Positions 24,625-38,143 of a DNA stretch of 64,000 bases are shown in pieces. The position numbers and the translations under genes were made by a program. Source of the stretch: the human T2T-CHM13v2.0 reference genome, Homo sapiens. Numbering within the stretch: position 1 is the first letter of the stretch; the number at the start of each line of letters is the position of its first letter. The stretch lies in the NCBI RefSeq assembly GCF_009914755.1, contig NC_060941.1; one strand, written 5' to 3'. The notes under the pieces are model-generated. The model made no database searches. It saw only the letters and a list, made by a program, of their open reading frames with translations, and was not told the DNA's origin.

Positions 24625-24687
24625 ATGTTGGATCAGGACATCCCAATGGTGCAGCCGCTATTAAAGGTTCGTTTGTTCAACGATTAG
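24625..24687 (+). CDS. SHLP6-identical small ORF, 20 aa MLDQDIPMVQPLLKVRLFND; expression unknown
   Basis: Manual translation from ATG 24625 to TAG 24685-24687. Confidence 0.35.
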   Translation: MLDQDIPMVQPLLKVRLFND

Positions 24688-24864
24688 AGTCCTATGTGAT
24701 CTGAGTTCAGACCGGAGTAATCCAGGTTGGTTTCTATCTATTCTACATTTCTTCCAGTACGAAAGGATAAGAGAAATGGGGCCCACTTCATAAAGTGCCC
24801 CTGCCCCATAGATGATATTATCTCAGCATTTTACTGTACCCACACCCACCCAAGAACAGGGTTT

Positions 24865-24939
24865 GTTAAGATGGCAGACCCCAGCAATTGCATAAAATTT
24901 AAAACTTTACAACCAGAGGTTCAACCCCTCTTCTTAACA
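24865..24939 (+). tRNA. mt-tRNA-Leu(UUR) NUMT copy
   Basis: GTTAAGATGGCAGA...TTCTTAACA; MTERF1 site altered (TGGCAGACCCCAG). Confidence 0.88.
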
Positions 24940-24941
24940 AC

Positions 24942-25897
<956 letters not shown>

Positions 25898-26104
25898 AGA
25901 AATATGTCTGACAAAAGAGTGACTTTGATAGAGTAAATAATAGAGGTTTGAATCCTCTTATTTCTAGGACCATAGGAATTGAACCTATCCCTGAGAATCC
26001 AAAATTCTCCGTGCCACGTGTCACACCCTATCCTGGAGTAAGGTCAGCTAAATAAGCTATCAGGCCCATACCCAGAAAATGTTGGTTATATCCTTCCCGT
26101 ACTA
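25898..26104 (+). tRNA. IQM tRNA cluster copies: Ile 25898-25966(+), Gln 25964-26035(-), Met 26037-26104(+)
   Basis: AGAAATATGTCTGA...; TAGGAC...GAATCCAAAATTCT; AGTAAGGTCAGCTAAATAAGC...CCCATACC. Confidence 0.9.
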
Positions 26105-27140
26105 ATCAATCCACTGGCCCAACCTGTCATCTACTCCACCGTTTTCACAGGTACACTCATTGCAACATTAAGCTTGCACTGATTTTTTACCTGGACAGGA
26201 TTGAAAATAAACATACTAGCTTTTATCCCAATTTTAATTAAAAAAATAAACCCCCGCTCTACAGAAACTGCTATCAAATACTTTCTCACATAAGCAACCA
26301 CATCTATAATCCTCATAATAGCTATCCTCTCCAACAATGTACTCTCCGGACAATGAACCACAACCAACACCACCAACAAATACTCATCATTAATAATCAC
26401 AACAGCCCTAGTAATAAAACTAGGAATAGCCCCTTTCCGTTTCTGAGTCCCAGAAGTCACTCAAGGAACCCCTCTAATATCCAGCCTACTTCCCCTCACA
26501 TGACAAAAATTAGCCCCTATTTCAATTATATATCAAATCTCCCCATTAATAAACATTCTCCTTACCCTTTCAATCTTATCCATTATAGTGGGTAGCTGGG
26601 GTGGACTGAACCAAACCCAACTATGTAAAATCCTAGCATACTCCTCAATCACCCATATAGGCTGAATAATAGCAGTACTAGCATACAACCCAAGTATCAC
26701 CATTTTCAACCTAATCATCTATATCATTCTAACAACCACCACATTCCTGGTACTCAACTTGAACTCTAGCACTACAACCCTACTACTGTGCCGCACTTGA
26801 AATAAACTAACCTGACTAATACCCCTAATCCCATCTACCCTACTATCACTAGGAGGCCTTCCCCCACTAACTGGCTTTCTACCCAAATGATTTATCATTG
26901 AAGAATTCACAAAAAATAACAACCTCATTATCCCCACTACCATAGCCATTATTACTCTCTTTAACCTATATTTTTACATACGCTTAATCTACTCTGCTTC
27001 AATTACACTATTCCCCATATCCAACAACGTAAAAATAAAATGACAATTTGAAAATACAAAATCCACACCACTCTTCCCCACACTCACTGTCCTTACCACC
27101 CTCCTCCTACCAATCTCTCCACTTACACTACCCACCTCAT
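26105..27140 (+). pseudogene. MT-ND2: ND2 NUMT pseudogene
   Basis: ATC AAT CCA CTG GCC CAA...; premature TAA at 26291-26293; ~6-bp deletion near 26555. Confidence 0.95.
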
Positions 27141-27512
27141 ATAAATTTATGTTAAACGCAGACTAAGAGCCTTCAAAGCCCTTAGTAAGTTAATAATACT
27201 TAATTTCTGCAGCACCCAAGGACTGCAAAACCCTACTTTGCATCTACTGAACGCAAATCAGCCACTTTAATTAAGCTAAGCCCTTGCTAGATCAATGGGA
27301 CTTAAACCCACAAAAATTTGGTTAACAGCTAAATACCTTAATCAACTGGCTTCAATCTACTTCTCCCGCCGCAAGGGAAAAAAGGCGGGAGAAGCCCAGG
27401 CAGGATTGAAGCTGCTTCTTTGAATTTGCAATTCAACATGAAAGGCACCTCAGGGCTGGTAAAAAGAGAGTTTTTAGATTTACAGTCTAATGCTTTGCTC
27501 AGCCATCTTACC
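27141..27512. tRNA. WANCY cluster copies: Trp 27141-27209(+), Ala 27217-27285(-), Asn 27287-27359(-), Cys 27392-27457(-), Tyr 27458-27512(-, internally deleted)
   Basis: Canonical order and sequence between ND2 and COX1. Confidence 0.9.
27360..27394. other. Light-strand replication origin (OL) hairpin copy
   Basis: Perfect 11-bp stem CTTCTCCCGCC / GGCGGGAGAAG with an A-rich loop. Confidence 0.95.
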
Positions 27513-27517
27513 CACTA

Positions 27518-29058
<1,541 letters not shown>

Positions 29059-29198
29059 CAAAAAAGGAAGGAATTGAACCTCCTAAGGCTGGTTTCAAGC
29101 CAGCCTCATAACCCCTATGACTTTTTCAACAAGATATTAGGAAAACTATTTCATAACTTCGTCAAAGTTAAGTTACAGGTTAAACCCCGTATATCTTA
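29059..29198. tRNA. mt-tRNA-Ser(UCN) 29059-29127(-) and tRNA-Asp 29131-29198(+) copies
   Basis: GGTTTCAAGCC; AAGATATTAG...TCGTCAAAGTT. Confidence 0.88.
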
Positions 29199-29878
29199 AT
29201 GGCACACGCAGCCCAGCTAGGTCTTCAAGACGCCACATCCCCTATCATAGAAGAGCTAATCGCCTTCCATGATCACGCCCTCATAATCATCTTTCTTATC
29301 AGCTTTCTAGTTTTATACGCCCTCTTCCTAACAATTACAACAAAACTAACACTAACATCACAGACGCCCAAGAAATAGAAACTGTTTGAATGATTCTACC
29401 TGCCATTATCCTAGTCCTAATTGCCCTTCCATCCCTACGTATCCTGTACGTAACAGATGAAATCAATGACCCTTCTTTTACCATTAAATCAATCGGACAC
29501 CAATGATACTGAACCTATGAATACACCAATTATGGAGGATTAATTTTCAACTCTTATATACTTCCACCACTATTCTTAGACCCAAGTGACCTTCGACTTC
29601 TTAAAGTTGATAATCGAGTAGTCCTTCCAATTGAAGCCCCTGTTCATATAATAATTACATCACAAGACGTCCTACACTCATGAACTGTCCCCACATTAGG
29701 CTTAAAAACAGATGTAATCCCCGGACGCCTAAACCAAACCACATTCACCGCCATACGACCAGGAGTATACTACGGTCAATGCTCAGAAATCTGCGGAGCT
29801 GACCATAGCTTCATAACCATCATTCTAGAACTAATCCCGCTAAAAATCTTTGCAATAGGACCTGTATCCACTTTATAG
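29199..29878 (+). pseudogene. MT-CO2: COX2 NUMT pseudogene
   Basis: ATGGCACACGCAGCC...; GGTCAATGCTCAGAAATCTGCGGA (GQCSEICG); 4-bp deletion at ~29350. Confidence 0.96.
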
Positions 29879-29905
29879 GCTACCGCCCACTCTCTTAATA
29901 AGGTT

Positions 29906-29975
29906 CACTGTAGAGCTGACCCAGCATTAACCTTTTAAGTTAAAGACTAAGAGAATCGCTATCTCTTTACAGTGA
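29906..29975 (+). tRNA. mt-tRNA-Lys NUMT copy
   Basis: CACTGTAGAGCT...CCTTTTAAG...TTTACAGTGA. Confidence 0.88.
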
Positions 29976-29976
29976 C

Positions 29977-30183
29977 ATGCCTCAACTAGACACCACCATA
30001 TGACCCACTATCGTCGCATCAATACTCCTCACATTATTACTCATCATTCAACTAAAAGTACTAAACACAAACTACCATCTGCCTACCTCACTAAAAATTA
30101 TTAACATGCAAAACCACAATAATCCTTTAGAGTCAAAATGAACGAAAATCTGTTTACTTCATTCATTGCCCCCACAATTCTAG
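29977..30183 (+). pseudogene. MT-ATP8: ATP8 NUMT copy (open in mitochondrial code; TGA at codon 9 stops it in the nuclear code)
   Basis: ATG CCT CAA CTA GAC ACC ACC ATA TGA...; 207 nt. Confidence 0.93.
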
Positions 30184-30817
30184 GCCTTCCAGCTGCAGTG
30201 CCAATCGTTCTATTTCTCCCCATGCTGATTCCAGCTTCCAAACACCTTATCAACAACCGATTAATTACCACTCAACAGTGACTAATTCAACTCACCCTAA
30301 AACAAATAATAACAATAAATAACATTAAAGGACGAACCTGATCCCTCATGCTAATATCCCTAATTATCTTCATTGCTACAACCAATCTCCTCGGGCTCTT
30401 GCCCCACTCATTCACACCAACTACCCAACTGTCATAAACCTGGCCATGGCAATCCCCCTATGAGCAGGTGCAGTAATTACAGGCTTCCGCTTTAAAACCA
30501 AAAATACCTTAGCCCATCTCTTGCCACAAGGCACACCCTCACCCCTCATTCCCATACTAATTATTATCCAAACCATCAGCCTATTTATCCAACCAATAGC
30601 CCTAGCCATGCCCCTAACTGCTAATATTATGGCAGGCCATCTGCTCATACACTTAATCAGAAGCGCCACACTAGCGCTATCAACTATCAACCTCCCCACA
30701 ACCTCAATCATCTTCACAATTTTGATTTTACTGACGATTCTCGAAATCGCTGTCGCCCTGATTCTAGCCTATGTTTTCACACTCCTAGTGAGCCTCTACC
30801 TACATGACAATACATAA
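30138..30817 (+). pseudogene. MT-ATP6: ATP6 NUMT pseudogene
   Basis: ATGAACGAAAATCTG...YLHDNT*; 1-bp deletion at ~30434; essential Arg159 motif VRLTAN changed to MPLTAN. Confidence 0.96.
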
Positions 30818-31600
30818 TGGCTCACCAATCACATGCCTATCACATAGTAAAACCCAGCCCATGACCTCTAACAGGGGCCCTTTCAGCCCTCCTAATGACA
30901 TCCGGCCTAGCTATATGATTCCACTTTTACTCTACCACCCTACTAACACTAGGCCTACTGACCAATGCACTAACCATATACCAGTGATGATGTGATGTTG
31001 TACGAGAAGGTACATACCAAGACCACCACACAGTACCCGTCCAAAAAGTCCTTCGGTATGGAATAATTTTATTCATCATCTCAGAAGTCTTTTTCTTCGC
31101 TGGATTCTTCTGAGCATTCTACCACTCCAGCCTAGCCCCCACCCCTCAACTAGGAGGACACTGACCCCCAACAGGCATCACTCCACTCAACCCCCTAGAA
31201 GTCCCACTCCTAAACACATCTGTACTACTCGCATCGGGAGTTTCAATTACTTGAGCTCACCATAGCCTAATAGAGAACAATTGTAATCAAGCAATTCAAG
31301 CACTACTTATCACAATCTTACTAGGCATCTACTTCACCCTCCTACAAGTTTCAGAATACTTTGAAGCCCCCTTTACTATCGCCGATGGTATGTATGGTTC
31401 AACATGTTTTGTAGCTACGGGCTTCCACGGGCTCCCCGTCATCATTGGTTCAACATTCCTTACTGTTTGCCTTATCCGCCAACTATTATATCATTTTACA
31501 TCCAAGTACCACTTCGGCTTCGAAGCCGCTGCTTGATACTGACACTTTGTAGATGTAGTTTGACTATTCCTATATGTCTCTATCTACTGGTGAGGATCTT
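30817..31600 (+). pseudogene. MT-CO3: COX3 NUMT pseudogene
   Basis: ATGGCTCACCAATCACATGCC...TGATACTGACACTTTGTAGATGTA (WYWHFVDV); 784 nt. Confidence 0.96.
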
Positions 31601-31668
31601 ACTCTTTTAGTATAGACAGTACCACTGACTTCCAATTAACTAGTTTCGATAACACTCGAAAAAGAGTA
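31601..31668 (+). tRNA. mt-tRNA-Gly NUMT copy
   Basis: ACTCTTTTAGTATA...CTTCCAA...AAAGAGTA. Confidence 0.88.
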
Positions 31669-32013
31669 ATAAACCTGGCACTAGCCCTAACAGTCAACAC
31701 CCTCCTGGCCCCATTACTAATAACCATCACATTTTGATTACCACAACTTAATATCTACATAGGAAAGTCTAACCCTTATGAATGGGGTTTGACCCACTAT
31801 CCTCTGCTCGCATTCCCTTCTCCATAAAATTCTTCTTGATTGCTATCACCTTTTTATTATCTGACCTAGAAATTGCCCTATTACTACCCCTACCGTGAGC
31901 CCTCCAAACAACCAATCTACCACTAACAGTTGTATCATCACTCACATTAGTTACTATCTTAATCCTAAGTTTGACTTATGAACTATCCCAGAAAAGGTTA
32001 GACTGAGTCAAAT
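31669..32013 (+). pseudogene. MT-ND3: ND3 NUMT pseudogene
   Basis: ATAAACCTGGCACTA...GACCTAGAAATTGCCCTA (DLEIAL); 1-bp deletion in the YECGFDP region ~31785. Confidence 0.94.
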
Positions 32014-32081
32014 TGGTAAGTAGTTTAACAGACAAAAACAATGATTTTGACTTGTTAGATTATGATAGTCATACTTACAAA
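32014..32081 (+). tRNA. mt-tRNA-Arg NUMT copy (degenerate)
   Basis: TGGTAAGTAGTTTAA...; anticodon TCG decayed to TTG. Confidence 0.8.
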
Positions 32082-32378
32082 ATGCCCCTCATCTACATAA
32101 ACATTACATTAGCATTTACTACCTCACTGTTAGGAATACTAATCTATCGCTCACACCTAACGTCCTCCCTACTATGCCTAGAGGGGATAATATTATCTCT
32201 ATTCATCGTAAACACCCTCATAACCCTAAACACACACTCTCCCTTAATTAACATCATACCTATCACCATATTAGTCTTTGCTGCCTGTGAAGCAGCAGTG
32301 GGCCTCACCCTACTAGTCTCAATTTCTAACAGATACGGTCTAGATTATGTACATAACTTAAACTTACTCCAATGTTAA
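32082..32378 (+). pseudogene. MT-ND4L: ND4L NUMT copy, full-length 98-codon ORF open in the standard code
   Basis: [12 protein letters not shown]...ACEAAVGL...HNLNLLQC* with no stop or frameshift. Confidence 0.95.
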
Positions 32379-32721
32379 AATTAATTATCCCTACAATCAT
32401 ACTACTTCCAACAACATGACTCTCTAAAAACCATATAATTTGAATTAACATAACCACTCACAGCCTAATTAACAGCTCTATCCCACTGTTATTTTTCAAC
32501 CAAGCCAACGACAATCTATTTAGCTACTCTCTTTCTCCTCTGACCCCCTGATGACACCCCTTCTAATACTAACAGCCTGACTTCTACCTCTTATGATCAT
32601 AGCGAGTCAATGCCACTTATCTAACAAGTGCCCCTTACGGAAAAAAACTTTACCTGTCTGTACTAATCACCCTTCAAATCTCCCTGATCATAACATTCAT
32701 GGCCACAGAACTAATCATATT
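32372..32721 (+). pseudogene. MT-ND4: ND4 NUMT pseudogene, 5' ~350 bp, truncated
   Basis: ATGTTAAAATTAATTATCCC...GCCACAGAACTAATCATATT, then the junction. Confidence 0.94.
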
Positions 32722-32972
32722 GATTATTAGTGGTGTAGTTGGGTGTGTTATTATTCTGAATTATGGGGGAGGTTATATGGGTTTAATAGTTTTTTAAATT
32801 TATCTAGGAGTATGATGGTTGTTTTTGGATATACTACAGCAATGGCTATTGAGGAGTATCCTGAGACACGGGGGTCAGGAATTGAAGTCTTGGTGAGTGT
32901 ATTAGCGGGATTATCAATGGAAGTGGGGTTGGTCTTATGAGTGAAGGAGTATGATGGGGTGGTGGTAGTGGT
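32718..32972 (+). pseudogene. MT-ND6: Inverted internal ND6 fragment (copy B)
   Basis: Translates [31 protein letters not shown]; reverse complement of 19401-19620 plus ~35 bp more. Confidence 0.96.
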
Positions 32973-35900
32973 CACATTCTTTGCTGAACAAACGGTACCT
33001 CAAATAACTTCATACAAATACTACTGGGAAACTTAGCATTTTATTAAAATGTTTAAATTTCCTATTTTATCAAATCTAACATATTAGTAATAATATATTC
33101 CTTTTATTCAACTTTAAAGTTCTATTCAACAATAGCAATTTATAATTTTATATTATTAAATGTTATTCATACAGTTTAATAATTTTATAATTTAGCATTA
33201 ATGAAACCAGCACAGACAATATAATGTTCATGATATTTTATGTATATGTTTAACATACACATACATAATTCAACATTAATGGCTTCCTTAATTACCATTA
33301 ATATTATAATTTTATATTATCATTTAAGTTTGCCCTTCTATTTTAATATTAGATGTCTTAGCATCCATCAGTTCTATCAAGCTCTTCTCACTGGTTCTTC
33401 TTTGAATTCCAGACATGGCCACAATCTTCTCTTCTAAAATTCTAAAATCTGAGGGCTCTCGCTGGCTGGGTGCTGCTGGAAGAACTGTAACTTGGTTGTT
33501 ATCTCAACGGTATTTTATTTTAAATGTTTCAATTAAAAGAAGTTTTTAAAAATGTGGAAATCCCTGAGAATATTCACTTTTTTAAATACAATGGGAATGT
33601 ATTTAATGTATGGCTGAAGTCTGTTTCTCCTCGTTTGATCCAGGGGTGCTTCTGAGAACTCTTCCAAGTGCCAGATCCTGGGCCGCTGGCAGCTTGGCCC
33701 CAGTGGCAGTTCAGTTACCCCATCACGGCTGGGGCACCAGGGGAGCCCCACAGGTGGGCGAAAATTACCGTAGATTAAAACCTAGGCAGTTTAACACAAG
33801 CAGCCAGCACCAACATCACGGTACTTGATCTTCCAACTTCCTGCACTACCAATTCTATGTCTCATCACATTCTCCTCTGGCCTCTCGGCCCCCAGCACAC
33901 AGGCTTCAGCCTCTGTTTCTGCTGAAGCCCTTTCTTCATACACTCTAGAACATAGAACATAGGACAGAGAGAGAGACTTTAGTAGGAATACTGACATTTA
34001 AAAACTTATCAGAGATATGAAAAATCAACTACATGAAGTACGGCGGTATATTAAGGCTTTGTGAATAAAAACACAGTAAAGGGTGGGTGTGTAAAGCTAT
34101 TTTCCAACCATCCTTCCAAACCAAGGCTTTTGAGGGCACAAGTCCTCCCAGCAGGTGGCAGGATGGGCCCAGCAGTGTCTTCAGCCCATTGCTGTCATGA
34201 GTTAGGAAAGGCTGAATTCTATTTTACATACAAAAGAAAACATTTATTTAATTAAAGATTCAAGCTACAATACAGTTCTTCATAAAACACTACAATATTT
34301 TGATTATCAATGTTTTTCTGTTGCTTTTTCTCATGAAACATGATTTGCCTTTGTGAAATCTGAAGTTTCCTATTCTATCAATGAGAAGGTGTATCAAATG
34401 GATAGTCCATCCAGTGTATCCGACATCAATTACAAAATGCCTCCCTTTTTCTTAATTTTGCCTTTTTTCCCTTTGTCATTCTTGAGTCTCTGTTAGTGCA
34501 CTGAAGAAGTGAAGACATGTACTTAAAGAAATGCCAACATCTGCTGAAGATCAGATTCCGTATTTTGTATTTTAGTTGATGTAATGATGACTTTAGTTAT
34601 AATGACTTTAGTTGATGTAATGATTCTAATGAACAAGAAAGATTTTGTTTCCCATTTTAAAAGATATCATTAAGTCATGCAGAATATTTTTCAATTTATT
34701 ATGGGTGTGTATGCAAGGGGTTGCCATTTCACCTGCTTCAGTCTTCCCTCTAAACCAATCCTAAGACACACCTAGGCTGAATTCATATCACATGAAAATT
34801 CATCACATGATGTCCTACTAGGTCAAAAAGTATAAAAACTGACATTACGGAGAAAGACTTCATTGAAACCAGGACAGAAAGACACTAAGGCACACAGTGC
34901 TCAGAGCGGCATGCTGACAAGATCTCTGGTGGGAGGCCATTGCCTGGACACCTGCTGGGTTTTGTCCTGGACACCATTCATTCACTTGAGCATGTTTGGT
35001 ACCCAGGGTATTTTTCAATAATAGGCAAAATAGAATGAGTTCTTCAAACCTTGTGGATTTTATACTGAAAACTTCCAGAGATATATCTTAGGTAATTATA
35101 AGACCAAGCACAACAACAACAACAAAATCCTAACTTGAATCCATCAGTTGCAGATTTCATGGTTGACTACATCAAGAGGAAGTTGCAAGCTCTAAAAGCT
35201 GGAAGACCAGTCAATATCAGGAACTCCTCAGAAGTGAAGGAAAAGTGGTTTAAATTTGTTTAACAAAACCATGTTTTCAAACTTACTTTAATTTATGCAT
35301 GAGGGCCATTAAATTTGTTCTTTTTAAAAAGGAAACTTCTTAATTGGAACTAAATCATTCATTATTCACTGTGATACGGGTTATATACCCTTAGGTTCCA
35401 TGTGATTATTCACATGTTCAGCTGACAGAAAGGAGAAAAAGCTACTCTAATGACTTAGCTTCGCTTTGACTCACTGGTTTTTATCTCATTTTAACTTCCA
35501 ATCTCGGTTACAGAGAGTGTTAAAGCTGGAAGAAATAACATTTTGGTAGATGGTAAAGGATAAGTACGAGTCATTTCAAGTTGTTGAAGCTTTCATTAAA
35601 CAAAGCAAGCTATTTGAAATCTTAAAGCTATTTAAATAAAGGGCTAAGACTTTTCCGTTTTATTTACTTAAAAGCTTAAAAGATACTGTTGAAAATTTAA
35701 CAGTTAATCTATTGTAGGGTGTGGTTAGACACTTATTTTGACAGTGCTCACTGAAAATTCAATTATACCCCCGGAGTCAAACTTGCCAGTCATCAAAATG
35801 TCTAACGATCTGAGTGTTCACGGGGTAATAACAAACCCCATACTAAACAGTTTGCTAGAAATCTGTCCTATAACATCTAAACGGAACAATTGGGTGGTTG

Positions 35901-36129
35901 TCTAAGACACCTAAGCTCAATATGACATTTCAGCTAAAAAGAGTGAACTTATAACTAAGCACTTCATGCAAGTTACCAAAAGAGAAGATATTCTTTAATA
36001 AAAAAGTACATTTGTAGAATCAAAGAATCTCAGTGTTGTAAGAAATATTTGAGATCATTTCAGTTAGGCTTTTCATTTCTTAAATTTGAAACTGAAGCTG
36101 AGATTAAACAGCTAATAAAAAGACAAAGC

Positions 36130-37347
36130 CGATCCATGATATTGGTTTGGGCAATGATTTCTTAGATATGACCAAAACGCACATACAACAAATGAGATTA
36201 CATCAAACTAAAGAGCTTCTATACAGCAAAGAAAACAATTAACAGAGTGAAGAGTGACAACTCACAGACTGAGAAAAAATATTTGCAAATCATATGTTTG
36301 ATAAAGAGCTAATACACAAAACATACAACGAATTCAACTCAATAACAATAAAACAACCTTGTTAAAAAATGGGCAAAAGACCTGGACAGATATTTCTCCA
36401 AAGAAGACATACAAATGGCCAGAAGAGATATTAAAAGGTGTTCAATATCACCATTGATTAGGGAAATGCAAATTAAAATGAGATTTCACCTTACTCATTT
36501 TAGAATGGCTATTACAAAAAAAATGAAAGACAAGTGTTGGTGAGGATTTGAAGAAAAGAGAACACTTGTAAAATGTTGGTGGGAATGTAAATTAGTGCTG
36601 CCACTATGGAAAACAGAAGGGACGTTTCTCAAAAATAAAAATACATAATTACTATATGACCCAGAAATTCTACTTCTGGGTGTATATTCAAACGAGTTAA
36701 AATCAGTATGTTGACTAGATATCAACACTTCCATGTTCATTGCAGCATTATTCACAATAGCCAAGATATGGAAGCAATCTAAGCGCATATCAAGGGATGA
36801 ATGGATAAAGAAAATTATATACACATATTTATAGTGTATACACACAATGGAATACTATTCAGCCTTTAAAAAGGATACAATTCTGTCATTTGTGAAAACA
36901 AAGAAAAATCTAGAGGATCTTACATAAAGTGAAATCAGTCAGGTACAGAAAGACAAATACATCATGATCTCACTTACATGTGAAAAGTAAAAAATGTCAG
37001 ACTCATAGAAGTAAAGAGTAGAATGATGGTTACCAGAGGCTGGAGGAGGCAGGATAGACAGAAAAAAGAAGATTAATTTGTTAAATGGTACAAGGTTCAG
37101 CTAGATAGAAGAAATAAGTCCTAGTGATCTATTGAGCAATAGGGTAATTATAGTTAATAATAATGTATTATATATTTCAAAATTGTGGAGTATATTTTAA
37201 GCACTCTCACCATAAAGTAGTGATAAATACGTGAGTTGAAAGATATGTTAATTCACCTGATGTAAATGTTCCACAATGTATACATGTATCTAATCATCAT
37301 ATTGTATGCCATAAATACATACAATACTTAATTATCAAATAAAAAGT
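36130..37347 (+). mobile_element. Old L1 3' portion (L1MA-like)
   Basis: ATGTTCATTGCAGCATTATTCACAATAGCCAAG...CACAATGGAATACTATTCAGCC...GGTTACCAGAGGCTGG...AATAAAAAG. Confidence 0.88.
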
Positions 37348-38049
37348 TAAGATGGAGCTGAGCCAAGAATCCAAGTCTCTGAATTTAGATTTTTCATTTT
37401 CTATTATGCCAAAGTGTTTTCTGAAAATTAAAATTGAATATGGCATGTCCAAAAGAATATGTCATAAGAAGACAGGAATGGGGGGACTGCTGCATATAAT
37501 CTCATATTTTTAGTCAGTTTTGTAACATATTATTAGGAGAAGAAAATCAAATATTTTAAGAAAATTTTTATAACTCCTGTAATACTGTAATTTTATGGCA
37601 AACCTAAAACCTTCAAAACACAGAGTTTTTTTAAAAAAGTGAATCATATATATGCAAAGTTTTTATTGAGATTATTAAAGCAAAATCCCTCAAAGTAGCA
37701 AAACATAAGTATATGTTTTAGACTGTACTATGCAGAATAGCAGAATGGTACCAATGGCAAAAAATCTTTCAAAAGACATAAAAATTATTGAGGTCTCATC
37801 CCAGCTCTACTAATCTATGTCTTAGCAACCTAGTGTAATTCCTACAAGTTCTGAACACTGCCTTTAATGTATCTGCATGGTTCCCATATCATTTTATAAA
37901 CTTCAAATATTCACACTTTATAATTGAAACAATATACAAACTTTATTATTAAATAAGCTATGGGATGATATTCTCCATCTACCCTATAAGGATACTATCT
38001 TCCTGTCAGAAAATCTGAGACTCTCCAATACATATTTACTCCCCAGATC

Positions 38050-38143
38050 TTTTCTTTTTCTTTTTTTTTTTTTTTTTTGAGACGGAGTCTCTCTCTGTCG
38101 CCCAGGCTGGAGTGCAGTGGCACAATCTTGGCTCACTGCAAGC
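38050..38143 (-). mobile_element. Severely 5'-truncated Alu with TSD-like flanks
   Basis: Poly-T then GAGACGGAGTCT...GCTCACTGCAAGC; flanks ACTCCCCAGATCTT / ACTCCCCCATATCTT. Confidence 0.85.

Larger units (their letters stand above)
23305..24864 (+). rRNA. MT-RNR2: 16S rRNA NUMT copy
   Basis: GACGAGAAGACCC, CGACCTCGATGTTGGATCAGGACATCC, GATCTGAGTTCAGACCGGAG conserved blocks. Confidence 0.96.

Noticed and set aside
30521-30817. Translatable ATP6 C-terminal ORF
   Set aside because: TTG start, half the protein only, essential Arg lost.
34570-34625. Short repeated TTTAGTTGATGTAATGAT units (similar case at 61078-61126)
   Set aside because: Ordinary slippage duplications; not an array with spacers.
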